From NCBI RefSeq assembly GCF_009914755.1, contig NC_060931.1: a DNA stretch of 64,000 bases; one strand, written 5' to 3'. This document shows, piece by piece, positions 36,901-47,779 of the stretch. A model generated the notes under the pieces. The model ran no database searches and was not told the DNA's origin. It was given only the letters and a program-made list of their open reading frames with translations. Numbering within the stretch: position 1 is the stretch's first letter; each line of letters begins with the position of its first letter. The DNA comes from the human T2T-CHM13v2.0 reference genome, Homo sapiens. The position numbers and the translations under genes were made by a program.

Positions 36901-39900
36901 TCCTTAGCTCAGGTTACCATGTTGCTGGAAGCTCTTTGCTTCAAAATCCTCATATTAAAAGGGGCAATATGATACCTACATCATAGGAACATTTGACGTA
37001 ATAGAGGAGAGAGTGAGAGAAATTTAAATGTGGAATATTTTGAATGATGAGAGAAAAAATAGACAATGAAAAGAAACTGTAGACAATGAGTATAGACAAC
37101 ACTTTAGGGAAGTTTTGCTGTGAAGAGGACCAGAGAGATGGGACAGAAGCTGGAGAAGGATCAAAAATGTGAAATAAAGAGAGTTTTTTGCTATTGGGAA
37201 TGTTTCACTGGAAAGGGAAATGTTGATGAGGCAGAATAGAGATGGGTGAAAGTGGAATAAAATCCTTAAGCAGGTGAGAAGAGATGGAAATTAGATATAA
37301 ATAGAAGCATTTTACAATTTTAAATTTCTCAAGTACAAAATGTTCATCCTCTTTGATCGCTTCCACTTTTTCATTTTTTTCTACATTTTTTTGATTTCAT
37401 TCTACTAGAAAGGGAGTCCTCAAGCTTCATCCAAGTCATGTCATGAAAGGCCATCAATTTTAAAAAGGGAAAGGTAGAAAGATCTGTTTGCCTTTTGTGA
37501 TTATTTCCTTGGAAAAACTCAAAGATGTAGGCCTGTTCCTATGAGGAATCCAGTTCTACCAACAGTAAATTTATCTCCTTCCTTCCCAGAGTGGAGGTAG
37601 AAGCAAAGATTCCCACAGTTTGGGCCTTTGGCTAGCTATTAGTAGAGAGTGAGACTCTGGGGTTGGCAGAGAAGTTAGAGGAAAGAATCCAAGAGGAGAA
37701 AACACCAAAGAGGAAGATAGTTAGTTAGAGGGAGAAGAGACTCCTAGACTTGCAACTGAAACTTACCATATGGACTGAAAAGCAGATGACTGTAAAAGAA
37801 ACATAAAGACATGTCTTATTGTCTCATTGGCCTCTGTGTGTTTTTGTGATTAACTTCTAAGAATTTTTTTTTCTTCTGATAATGGACCTACTTGCACACT
37901 TTGGTGATTGGTCCATAACAAAGCAGTTACAAAGATGAGAATTCCCTTCTGTATTCTTTTCTGCCAAGTGTAAGACTATTAAATCTGGAATTTTTCCTAA
38001 TTTGAGTGATTAGAAAAAGAGAAAACTGGGTGCTGGGAATTCTAAAGAGGAGATAAAGTGGACTGCAGAAAAGAAGTAGTGGTTTTCGCAAGGAAATAGT
38101 AGGAGAGAGAAAGAAAGATGGGAGAGAGAAATCTATGTCTCAAAATTAGTGATGTCTAAGATATGTGAAGCAGAGGCTGACAGTCGGGGTGAAACTCTTA
38201 AAGTCATAGGTTTAGTAAGACATTGGGCCTTTGGATGGGAGATCAGCACAGGAAAAGATTCCTCTTTGTCTATCTGTTTTCTGTACAAAACAAAATGCAT
38301 TTATATGTCTTTCATTGAAGTTGAAGATAGGCAGTTCCTGACAAGTTCCTGGTAAGCGACAACAAAAAAAAATAGGCTTAGTACCTGTTATTACTAACTT
38401 AAGATATGTAAATTGGACCTTTCACTGTATTAAGTGTATTGCTCCCTCCTTTTTTTTTACTTGTGTAAATATGAAAATATTTACAAGTGTTTCATGGCTC
38501 ACTCCTGATCTTGGACTCCCATGTTCTATGTCCGCCATTGAGTCTTAAATTTATCACTTGCAAATAGCTCTAAAATAATGATTTTCAAGCACCTATTCTC
38601 TTAACTTGAAGATTACTGTGCTTGTTACTTTAATAAAGTTAAAGATCTACTGAAATATGAAGTCCTAGTAAAGGACACATACTTGGGGTAAAATGGTGAT
38701 TGGTCAGTTATGTGACCTTAAATAAGTCATTTTAATTTTCAGACTCAGTTTTCTCATGTGTGAATAGGAGGTAATATCAGATAAGGTGTAAGGCCTTTCT
38801 CGACTCTCTTAATTTTATGTTATTGACAACCTGAGGTGCTTTTCTAAGGGTAGCAGCTACCTATATTTGAAGGTGAAGGGCCCAGAGAGTTTTGAGAGGA
38901 CCCAAATTGAGAGAGGGCCTAAATAATTTTGAAGAATTGAGTCCCAGTTTTTGGTTCATATATTAAGTTGTCAATCCTTGGATATCCTTTAATAAAACAG
39001 CAATTCTGTGTTTTTTACAAAGAAATCAAGGGGAATGATGGAAGTCTGTATAATTGCCTTGGGAATGCACTGGAAAAAGCTGCATGGCTGCTAATAGGGA
39101 GCAGCTTTGTCATGGATGTGTTGGTTCACTTAGGACATTTCACAACTCAGCCTAGAAACCACCATTAGGCTGAGAAGGTCTGAATGGATTCTGACCCATT
39201 TTGTGCTTGTCATTTGGGAAAGCCATTGCAAAAGTCCTTCTCTGCTTTTTTTGTAATTGACTTCCTTTGTAGTTATATTTGAAAAGATTGAGATTTATTT
39301 AATATTCTGGAAATGGTTGGGAGGCACTATATTACTATGGGGTGACAATATTGCTGGAATAGAAATGTTGATGACTTTTGGATCTTGACCCAGAATGTTG
39401 AATCTTAAATATGAAAAGACTGGTTAGAGAGTCCATGACTAAAATTATAGGAGGAAAATTTTATTTAATGAAATATTAAATACAATACAAATATTGAAGC
39501 TCTGAGAAAAAATAACACTACATTAGTAGAAAAAGATATTTAATATAGCGTTTGTGATCATTATTTAGGGGAAAATTAGTTTTGGGGTCTATTTTAGACT
39601 GCATCATGTAATAATACCTTAAATAATATATTGCCATCAATATCTCTGAATAGGTTCAGTGCTTTCTTATTAAATGAAAAGTTTTTTTCAAATATGTATG
39701 CTTTTTCAAATGTTTGTGTGACAGTGAGAAATAGCACAGCTGTTACAGTAACTATTTGCTTAGAGATTGCCTATACAATTTTTTATCAGATAAATTATAG
39801 GTAGCAAGTTATAAGAATGTCAGCAGGGAATGAAATTTTCTTTATACAGTATCTTATCTCAGCCACGTAAAATCTCTTCATTGGACATGAACCTATCAAT

Positions 39901-42500
39901 ATGATACAATCTTTGCTTGTAGTGAAATTTGGGAATAAACAGATAATTGAATGCTTCCTCCACATTCTAGGAACACATACTCTCTTATCATTGATGTGTC
40001 ACCCACTACAGATGTGATGAATTCATGCTGTCAAACACAGTAGTTTACTAATGTGAGAAAACTTAGCTTCATTTTGAGAAATTTTCAAGTGCTCTTTTCT
40101 AGTTGTATGAGAAAACCCAAAGGACTAAACCTATTGATTTTAGAAAATCATCCTCTGCATGAACAGATAAACTTCAAGAAAATAAATAATATAAAAAGGT
40201 TGGTTGTGGTGGCTAATGCCTGTAATCCCAGGCACTTTAGGGGACTGAGGTGGCAGATTGCTTGAGCCCAGGAGTTTAAGACCAGCTTGGGCAACACAGC
40301 GAGACCTCTGTCTCTATTTGAAAAAATACAAAAACAAAAATAATAAATAATATAAAAATTGATGAAATTTAAATTTATTTTTAGTAGTCCAAATATTTGG
40401 ACTTAAACGGAAATTTAAATTCGATTTTATTATTATATTCACTATTACTTTCTGAGTATAACAAACAAAAACTCTTATAAATTATAGTTCTGTTAAAAAA
40501 ATCTTGACTTTTTGCATATAAGGCATTACACAAATCTGGAGAAACATTTATAATACTAATCATAATCTGACATACAAAATTGCAGCAATGATCCCTCCTT
40601 TACAGACCCTCTTACATTGTATGACAATAGCACTATAAAAAAGTATCCAGTGTTAAGGTACACTTGAAGTCCTACTGTAGAATTTATCTATATTCCAGCA
40701 ACAAAGGACTCCCTAGACCGGTTTCATTGTATTGAATATAAACATCAGATTTCACAAAGTGACCTCTGCTGTAGCTCAAAATAGCTGGCATTTACTTCCC
40801 TGTTATCATGTGTGGTATTAACAAGCATAACACAAGTATTGTTGACTGAAAATAAAATCTTGCATCTTTAGAGAAAATAGAAATTATGATGTGTTTTGAA
40901 TAAACTGTACAAACTGTACATTTTAGGCTTCAAATTTTTAAAAATTTTTTAAAAAGAAGAAGCAAACAAAACTTCAATATTCCTAAAAGCAAAGATTGCC
41001 AAGTCATCTGTGGTCTTTACAACACACTGCCTATGGAGAAAAGCAAATTTGCAGAAGAGAGAAGGTCTTAAGGTATAAAAACTGCTTTAGCTATTTATGA
41101 ACATGCTATTTTCCTAATGTACATTTGTTTTATTTTAGTTGAATTCCTTAACTAAATTGTCTCTAAGTTCTTCTTAACGCCAGTTTCAAAAACAACACTT
41201 ATAAAATGATAGTAGTCCTACTGTTTTAAATATAAAAATAAGTGGGATGATGACCCAGGATACTTTCAAAAGGAAGACAAATGCACAAAGGTAGTGACAG
41301 TTATAATAATTATTTACTTTTTCAAAAAATTTTAGAAAACAAAAATCTATTATAGGCTTAAATTTGATAACATAAATACTGTGATAACTGGAACAATCAC
41401 AACTCTGGGAAACTCAAAGACTTAAAAAAATTTACAAACTGTACATTTCAAATGTGTGAGATAGGTACAACAGTAGGTATGAATTTGAATAATAACATTT
41501 ACAATGCAAACTTTAACAAAATATAGGAGTGAAAGTAAAGCTCTAAATAGCTGAAGAAGCCTAAAAGTTAAATTGCTTATTTTGCTAAGCTGTTCTTAAT
41601 TTTTAAAAAATGTAGCCTTAATTGAACTCCTATCTGTTGAATATAAACAAAACAAGAAATTGATTTGACTTTTAAAACTGATAAATAGGAAGAATGGAAA
41701 TGAGAACATCTGGTGAAAATAATGTTGACAGACAGCAGTTGGAATGCTGGAAAGAGACTCCTTTAAACTCAAAAGATAAAGAGGAGAATGAGGGAAAATA
41801 TTAAGGTAGAAAAAAATTCTTAATAGGACTAGCCATTGGGCAAAGAGAAAAGCTAAAGGCATTTTGGAGTAACAATCTTTTCAAATACGTTCTCCCTTTT
41901 GTGTAGGAAATTTTTTTGTTAGTTTGGAATCTTACCTTTCTTCCATATTTCATAAGATGAGACAGATAACTTAAAACGAAGCAGTAAACAGTTTGCAACA
42001 ATATCTTTAATTAAAAAGAAAACAATTTTCGTAAATTATTTGTAGTTTCACTCTAAGTGGTCACAATTTCATGGCCTATTAGAATATTTGCTGAAATAAA
42101 TGCATTAAAGACTATTGAACCTATATGTAAACTCTAAAAGAAGAAATTCATTATCTTTTAAAAATATCTGAATTATCTTAATGAGTGCTATGACAATAAT
42201 TGTTGTTCCAAGAAAACAATAACAATCTATTTATTGAAACTCATTTCTCTTAAATGTTCCTGCTTCTTTGCTGTAACAGTGTGTTATTGTTAAAAGGTTC
42301 TGACCTGCTCTTCAATTATCTGAATGCATCTACAGCCTAAAGCAAATATTTACCTTATGTCCACAATTAAAAAAAAAAAAACCTAACAAACAGCTAAAAC
42401 ACAATTCACACAGGGCCTTACCGAAGAGAAGGAGGTATATTTTGCACTGAAAGACCCCAAGTGTGTCACCGAAGGGCTCCATGAAAGCATCCTGTCCCAT
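5326..42500 (-). CDS. HEPACAM2: HEPACAM family member 2 (Miki), complete 10-exon CDS, 462 aa type I Ig-superfamily membrane protein
   Basis: Exons 42422-42500, 35154-35504, 31454-31738, 24633-24929, 13544-13669, 13432-13456, 13300-13337, 11886-11959, 8313-8422 and 5326-5329 join through canonical GT-AG introns into one open frame of 1389 nt, [16 protein letters not shown]...QQQDHPE*. The sequence matches HEPACAM2 as I recall it. Confidence 0.97.
8313..8422 (-). CDS. HEPACAM2: HEPACAM2 exon 9, 110 nt (IPSRSVP...[17 protein letters not shown])
   Basis: cattttctag|ATCCCA...CCAGA|GTAAGT. Confidence 0.94.
9672..9796 (-). mobile_element. Alu monomer (FLAM-like)
   Basis: Single-arm Alu sequence flanked by 11-bp TSD ttattttgatt (9661-9671 and 9797-9807). 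Confidence 0.85.
11292..11576 (-). mobile_element. Alu, old (AluJ-like)
   Basis: Diverged dimeric Alu; 12-bp TSD tgtttattcagt (11280-11291 and 11577-11588). Confidence 0.9.
11886..11959 (-). CDS. HEPACAM2: HEPACAM2 exon 8, 74 nt ([25 protein letters not shown])
   Basis: acatttcag|GCCATG...CCAGG|GTTGGT; ends in phase 0. Confidence 0.93.
13300..13337 (-). CDS. HEPACAM2: HEPACAM2 exon 7, 38 nt ([12 protein letters not shown])
   Basis: tgtcttttcag|GCCAG...TTTTCAG|GTAATG. Confidence 0.93.
13432..13456 (-). CDS. HEPACAM2: HEPACAM2 exon 6, 25-nt microexon (VIKQKLEGR)
   Basis: cttctctcttgattttag|TTATAAAACAGAAACTAGAAGGCAG|GTAATG; needed to keep the canonical frame. Confidence 0.92.
13544..13669 (-). 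CDS. HEPACAM2: HEPACAM2 exon 5, transmembrane segment
   Basis: Acceptor ttttatttag|GA; donor AAAG|GTAGGT; 126 nt; [21 protein letters not shown] followed by KK stop-transfer. Confidence 0.96.
14320..14520 (-). mobile_element. MIR
   Basis: aatctttacaacaatcct...attattttcatccc...agatgaggaagctgag...cccaaggtcac. Confidence 0.65.
15880..17610 (-). mobile_element. Old L1M fragments flanking the MER6-like element
   Basis: T-rich antisense L1-like sequence (tattctgctgttgttg, ttaaaatctcccact) at ~15880-16375 and ~17235-17610. Confidence 0.5.
16380..17232. mobile_element. TcMar-Tigger non-autonomous DNA transposon, MER6-like (~850 bp), inserted in an old L1
   Basis: TA-flanked degenerate TIRs (cggtaagtcctcacttaac ... 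gaagacctgcta); internal ggatgtgggaggaagctggaatacctggagaaaacccat segment typical of MER6. Confidence 0.7.
20382..20448 (+). repeat. (TCTA)11 tetranucleotide STR followed by short (TCTG)n
   Basis: 44 nt of perfect TCTA at 20382-20425. Confidence 0.95.
20693..20770 (+). repeat. 40-bp-period tandem duplication, 2 copies
   Basis: acgtacatagcattaaatt(a/g)gataggtgatgagaaagt at 20693-20730 and 20733-20770, one mismatch. Confidence 0.95.
20871..21168 (+). mobile_element. AluS inserted into a MIR
   Basis: Full dimer with A15 tail; imperfect TSD aag(g)gctttg; flanks (gtatagtggttaaaa... / ...cacttactagctgtgtga) join into MIR sequence. Confidence 0.93.
22612..22802. mobile_element. hAT-Charlie MITE (MER3/MER33-like)
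   Basis: gcattgtctgacatggtaaccacta...gtggcta...taatgaacagtgc palindromic MER3-type structure. Confidence 0.65.
23012..23182. mobile_element. MER5-like hAT MITE
   Basis: agtggttgtcacacttg...gatccaataggtctgagg...ccctaggtgatcttgatgcag. Confidence 0.6.
23470..23636 (+). repeat. GA-rich low-complexity tract
   Basis: Almost purely purine on the plus strand. Confidence 0.85.
23640..24030 (-). mobile_element. L2 fragment
   Basis: ggtttagttttgatatatc...cttccaagcagagacatccagaggcagctgg...gatatagatttggga. Confidence 0.55.
24633..24929 (-). CDS. HEPACAM2: HEPACAM2 exon 4, second Ig C2-type domain
   Basis: Acceptor gatgcag|AT; donor GTAG|GTATGT; 297 nt; FDC...YSW...DYVC motifs; lies within ORF 24592..24966. 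Confidence 0.97.
25330..25730 (-). mobile_element. L1MA-type 3' end fragment
   Basis: gtacagtgtgatgttttgatacatgtata...tagtcaccct...tagatcaactttttagct, typical of an antisense L1MA 3' UTR. Confidence 0.75.
26290..26480 (-). mobile_element. MIR
   Basis: atgaggtagatgttattatt...agatgaggaaa...gcccatggtcatatagcta...gcagagctggg. Confidence 0.6.
31454..31738 (-). CDS. HEPACAM2: HEPACAM2 exon 3, Ig C2-type domain
   Basis: Acceptor attgcag|AT; donor TATT|GTAAGT; 285 nt; LTC...W...DIGNYSC Ig motifs; overlaps ORF 31434..31721. Confidence 0.97.
33670..34670 (-). mobile_element. L2 fragment with embedded (TC)n/(GT)n
   Basis: aaagtccctgctc, aaagtgacatttgagccaagacctaaagga, tacaaaggccctgagg, ggttggattttg antisense L2 motifs. 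Confidence 0.7.
33931..33968 (+). repeat. (GT)19 microsatellite
   Basis: Direct observation; short (TC)n at ~33888-33903. Confidence 0.95.
34905..35075 (-). mobile_element. MIR just downstream of HEPACAM2 exon 2
   Basis: tatttaatcttcagaaagccttgtgaggtagataatg...attgaggctttgagga. Confidence 0.55.
35154..35504 (-). CDS. HEPACAM2: HEPACAM2 exon 2, IgV-like domain lacking the canonical disulfide (CD2/CEACAM-N-like)
   Basis: Acceptor ctttcctttgcaacag|GT; donor GATG|GTGAGT; 351 nt; lies within ORF 35086..35547; DEGNYIV replaces DxGxYxC. Confidence 0.97.
35505..35547 (-). CDS. HEPACAM2: Alternative HEPACAM2 N-terminus [14 protein letters not shown] (alternative signal peptide, 450-aa form)
   Basis: ATG at 35547 is in frame with exon 2 and encodes a hydrophobic signal-like peptide. 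It matches my recollection of the shorter HEPACAM2 isoform. Confidence 0.8.
36060..36680 (-). mobile_element. L2 fragment
   Basis: gttaggaggtgactgcaatg, ggatttggtgac, ttcagttttgg...tttgagatgcccattagacatctaag. Confidence 0.6.
40198..40341 (+). mobile_element. Alu monomer (FLAM_C-like)
   Basis: Single arm with A-rich tail; 17-bp TSD aataaataatataaaaa (40181-40197 and 40342-40358). Confidence 0.85.
42422..42500 (-). CDS. HEPACAM2: HEPACAM2 coding exon 1 ([27 protein letters not shown]-terminal part of signal peptide)
   Basis: ATG at 42500; donor TTCG|GTAAGG; 79 nt, phase 1. Confidence 0.95.
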
Positions 42501-42730
42501 GCATGCAGTGCCCTGTTCTCAGTGGTAACTTGGACCAGCAGCTGCTGGTTTATTTGCTAGGGAAATTAGCAGTGAGGTAACAGACCCTATCTTGCCTCTT
42601 GCTTCTGTGATTTGAATACAGAATGAATGTGTATACAAAGGACACAGGGAGTGGGAACACCTGTTATGTGCTTAGCAAGAATACAGGCTTATGGCTTTCA
42701 GAAGAGTTTCTTAGCAACTACCAGTAATTG
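42501..42730 (-). promoter_or_regulatory. HEPACAM2 proximal (CpG-poor) promoter and 5' UTR
   Basis: Immediately upstream of the exon 1 ATG; E-box palindrome 42534-42549, forkhead TATTTGC 42551-42557, X-box-like motifs 42515-42529 and 42706-42718. Confidence 0.6.
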
Positions 42731-44474
42731 TCTATATATTTCATAAATTATACTTAGTTATTAAAAAATCACATGAAGGAAAACATCCTTTTGCGTGACT
42801 TTACTGAAAAATGGCATGTTTTCATAATGAAAGAATATTGTGAGATTTCCTTAAAAACAAAAGCTGGTTTTCTATCATGCAGAACTATGCCATTATTATT
42901 TTAAAATTAAAAAAAATTATATGAAAATTGAAGTAGCTCATGTATCTGCTAAACAGTTATAAATCTTCATGAAGTCACTAACATGTAAAAATTCTACCAA
43001 TGAATCAAAAGAGAGATCCAGAATATATTTAAAACGTATTTTTTCTATGCAGTGTTTCCTATTACAATGACTGATTTCATTTAATCTTTGAATTCATCTT
43101 ATTTTTAAAAGCAAATCACAGGTGTGTTTCCAACTGGGACTGAGGCATGGACCATGCATAATTATAATGAAAAGTGCATGCCAGGAGATAGTATCTGAGG
43201 CCACATTTTCACAGCTGATGCATAGAGGAAGTGAACCAATGATCTAGAAAAGATCTTACCTCTACTGCAGTGTCCAGGTTACAGGTTTTCAACCTGGTCT
43301 CTCCATTGTCATGGCAGCAGATAGTCTAAGCATGTCCGCTTAATTTACTAAGTTATTAGTTAACCCCTATTTGCAAGAAGGCTCTGGTTCTAGCCTTGTT
43401 ATATAAAATGTTAAGGATATATCCAAATCTGCATCAAATCATCAAATCAAGGAAAATTCCTTGCATGCATCAGTTTTAACAGTAAAGGCCCACTGAAGAA
43501 GTTCAATGATAAGAGGGGAAGGAAGACTATACCTCAAGCATAATTAAAGTAAAAAAGGAATGATAGTAACTTTGGAATCCAAGTTTGGAAACACTCTTTG
43601 CATTAGGGCTCTGAACTCTTCTAGAAGGACTTCTATAAGCAAAGAAAGTAAGTGACTATTGGGAAAACGAAGTCCTCTTCAGAGATCAGTCACTTTCAGA
43701 TCCCTCCATGCTTCAGAAAAATGGCAAGAGCTCCTCATGCTTCCCCCACCTCCCTGCAAAATAATAACAATGCCACAACTTTCTCTGCACTGTCTCTAAA
43801 TCTGGTACACACATCTATTGCAGCACTTATCTCCTTAATCTTTATTTTATTGGATGTTTATTTTCCCTCTGAGCTCTCGAATACAGAGAATAATCTTATT
43901 CATTCATGGATGTTGGGCACGTAGCATAATGCTTAACTGGTATTTTTGTTAAGTTGTTTCTCCAGAAAACAAAACTCTAAGTGCTCCTTGGCCCGTCTTA
44001 CGATTCTCAGTTGATGCGTAAGAAATACAAATAAATTTTAATATTGGATTGCACAAAATACAATTTGGAAAGTAATATGGAAGTTCTACAGATATCACAT
44101 AGGTTCCCCCAACATCTTTTAGATTGATATTAATCTCCAATTGCCGTTATCAAATTAGCTGTTTTCAGTGTTTTTCAATCTAGTGCTGGATTATAATGAA
44201 GTTTGTTGGGTCCCTGGCAAAAAGAGAAATAAAGACAATGTACTGTGTTTTTCCCTAGTGTTAAATATACTCAATATAAAGGAGTTTTTTATTCTGAGAT
44301 TTTCTTTGTTGTATTTGAAAATATTCCCTGTTTCATGACATAAGGTGATAGTAGATGCTACATTAAAAAATAAATGCCATATGAATCTTACTTGTAATCT
44401 TTTTATTTCATGGCACATATTGAAATATAATACGGCACATCTAGGGAAAGGGCTACTGGGATAATCATGACAAA

Positions 44475-44488
44475 GCGCCCTCTAGTGG
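44475..44488 (-). promoter_or_regulatory. CTCF core motif CCACTAGAGGGCGC
   Basis: Near-perfect match to the CTCF core consensus CCASYAGRKGGCRS, between the HEPACAM2 and VPS50 start sites. Confidence 0.75.
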
Positions 44489-44918
44489 TAAACTGTAGAT
44501 ATAAACTCTTACCTGCTGGAGTAACTTCTGATTTCAACATGTTTACACAGGAAGTGAGAAAAAGAGTGCTCAAGCTTAACTTCAACAATTGTTAATTTTT
44601 ACATGATTCTTAAAAATAGTTTGAAGGTTTTATAATTATAAGAATTTTCCTACCATCCATATCTCACATCACACCTGTAACCCACTGGGAAGTTCTGCTG
44701 TTATCATTCCAGTCAGGAAAAAAGGGCCTGTAGTGTTACTGTTTACCAATCTTAGTTATATTTGCATTTAAAATGAGAAGGCTGATTAACCTAAAACAAT
44801 CTATATCCACGGTGATTAAACTGCAAGCAATGTAAGGAGCCACTGGGATAGAGTATGCGTGTGTGTGTCCACGTGCATTTACAATGGGATATGGACACAT
44901 ATACTCCTGTGCAGGAGG

Positions 44919-44949
<31 letters not shown>

Positions 44950-44956
44950 TGTATGT
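44919..44956 (+). repeat. (GT)12 plus imperfect GT microsatellite
   Basis: Direct observation. Confidence 0.9.
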
Positions 44957-47429
44957 TTGTTGGGGGCAGGGATTTTTATTACCTCTCAAATCACACTACA
45001 CAGTTTACAATCTAGTTTATTTAAATTGCAGACTGGTATTACTTCATACAGTAAATGTCTGCTGCATGCATTTCAAACATCCACATTTTTAATCACAAGT
45101 AGCTAGCACACGCATGTTTTGCAGTGGCAGAAACAATTAAGGAGAGGTGGTGAAATGCCAAGGTCAATGTAGATGCAGAACAGTGGGGAATAAGAACTGG
45201 GGAAAGAAATGTTTCTTATTGTTGTAATTAGTGGATTCTCTCCAGTTTACAGGGAGAGTTAGCTGCCAGAGGAGGCTATCACATATGCCTATGCCTGTGC
45301 TAGTGTTCACTTCTGTAAAGTCTACAAAGCTGCCTCGTGGAAGCCTTGATCTATCTTATATGGCTGCTAAATACTAAGCAGTAATGTCTTCTTCCTGGGC
45401 ACCTCTTTAGGTCACTACTTTACCTTTGGCAAGTGTTCTGTTTTCTGTTATGGCCTGCTCAAGAAGTGTAGTCATATCATCTTGGAGGGGCTGCATCTCT
45501 CCACTGCTTTGGTATTTGTGGAGTGGTAAGAAATTTTATCTTTCTAATCAAACCAGGATCTCAGCTTTTATTTAAGCTTCCAGACATTCCTCCTGTTTTG
45601 GGCCATTAGTAATATGCCCTTATCCTACTTTACTACTAATCCTATTGTTCTGAATCAGATCAATTTACTTAACTCTTGGCTCTGCACTCCTTTACCAAGG
45701 AATTGGTATCCAGCCAACCTTCCCCAGGATTTGGTGGCAGACCATCTAAACTTTCCATTATTTTGCACTGGACTATCACTAACAACAGCTCTCAGGTAAA
45801 TGTGAAAGTCCTGAATAAATCTTAAAAATAAATACCTTTTTGAAAATTGGAAAGGAAATAGCAGCATGTCCAACCTTTTAAAAAGTGTTTGTTAGGATGC
45901 CAAGTTTTTTGTTTTTTTGAGCGTAGACAGATAGAAATGAATAACGTAAGGTTCAATTATTTCATATAGTGTTAAGGTATGCTGAATTAGAAAATATAGT
46001 TTATTTAGACACCAGCGCTGATTTACTTTACAAGCTTTCAATATTATAGTTATAGCCTTAAAACATTTAGAAGACTGTATCCATTTTTATCCATTTCTCC
46101 AGTTTGTAGGAAATAAACTAAAATGTAGAGTTTTGGAGTAAAACAAAGTTTCAATACTTTCTTGCGTTTTCAGTGTCGAATAGATAGGGATAACACTCAT
46201 TTTTCTGAATTTGGCCAATAGAAATACACATATTAGATAAAAAAAACTTTTTGGGGGGATCATCTTTAACTTTGTGTATTTGAGTATGTGAGGGAGAAAA
46301 TTCCGGGGTTGAATCTGGGTTCTAGTCCTAGATCAAGCTCTCATGAAATATGTGGTCTCGAACCCTTATACAGATACGTTTTCTCATCTTTACAGCATGG
46401 ATTTGACATGCTAGAGCTGGACTGCCTTTAAGAATCACTGAAGATTTTAAACAAACAAACATCCCCAAAGAAAACAACAATAATAACAGCACACACCTCA
46501 GGTGAATCTGAACAGTCAGGTTTGAGATCTACTGAACTCAGATCACCCCTAAGATATGCTTTTAAACCCAGTTGTGAACTCCTTGTGACCACAACCATAG
46601 ATTATTAATCAAAGTGCTTATTTTAGTGTTGCCTTGAGCGCAACAATCAAGAAATGTTTATTGACTTGGGTTTTATTTTATAGGCTAATATGGCTGGCAG
46701 TTTTTGTTTCTTTTGATGCTTTCAGGGACTTCTAAATATTGCAGATTTTCACACACAAAGAACAGTCTGACAATTAAGATTAGAGAAGGTAAAGAATAAA
46801 CTAAACTAGACTTGCCCTAAATGTGACCAGAATTTCTTGAAGGGGTTAGAAATAACAGAGTCAGAGAAGCATATAGGTAAACATATAATTTCAAAGGAAT
46901 TGCTGAACGCAGTGATGATACAAGTATGCACAAGGTGGTTCTGTTGGAGTAGAGAACTGGGCAGAATCAAAACCAATAATACCTCATAATTGTATAGTGC
47001 TTTACAATTTATACATTTCATTCACCTACATCATCTCACTTATCCTTACAAAGCCCTATATAAAATATTAAAATATTACAACCTCATTTGTAAAAATTAA
47101 TAAAACGAGGCTCTAAGGGGTGAGAAAATAGAATTTCAGAATCAGAAATAACCTCTGTTAGTGTCCCCCAAACTTCAGTCATTTGCAAATCACCTTTATT
47201 AGTTTTGCCATATCTGACTACCACCCATACTATTGTTTACCTAGTATTTTTTATTACGTTGACACACTTGAACTTTTTTTATTCTAAGAAATATTTTTGA
47301 AATTATGGGTCTGTGTCATACTTTTAGAAGTTAACATTATAATAAAATAAACTTAAAAAAATTGGTGCCATGCTTTAGAACTTTCTTCAGCACAATACAT
47401 GAAAATCTTAACACATCTGATGACCGATT

Positions 47430-47620
47430 AATCCTTCAGTTTCTACTTGCACATCTGCAGTAATCTTAGGCAAGTTCCTTAATTTCGCCATACCTGCTTC
47501 GTCATCTTTAAAATGGGAACCCACAGGATTCTTGTGTGGATAAATGAAATCATATATTTAAAGCTATTAGCAGTTCCTGACAGGTACTCGGCTTTCGATA
47601 AGTGTTAGCTATCATTGTTA
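47430..47620 (+). mobile_element. MIR
   Basis: aatcttaggcaagttccttaa...catctttaaaatggg...taagtgttagctatc. Confidence 0.6.
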
Positions 47621-47779
47621 GCTTTAGGGCTGCTTTTTCTTCTTCTTCTCATATTCTCATAATTGTAAAGTCCTTTTAAAATTGTGTCCCCAAAGACACT
47701 TCTGTTCCTTTCCCCAATTTAACTAAACTGCCAAAAGTTGAAAAGAGGACTTTAAAGTGACAGGTATACTCGTTATTGT

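Noticed and set aside
37767-37789. Possible 23-nt poison microexon in HEPACAM2 intron 1 (ttcttttacag|...ATG|GTAAGT)
   Set aside because: Splice signals look good, but inclusion would frameshift to an early stop and nothing else supports it. Such pseudo-exons are common in long introns, so junction reads are needed.
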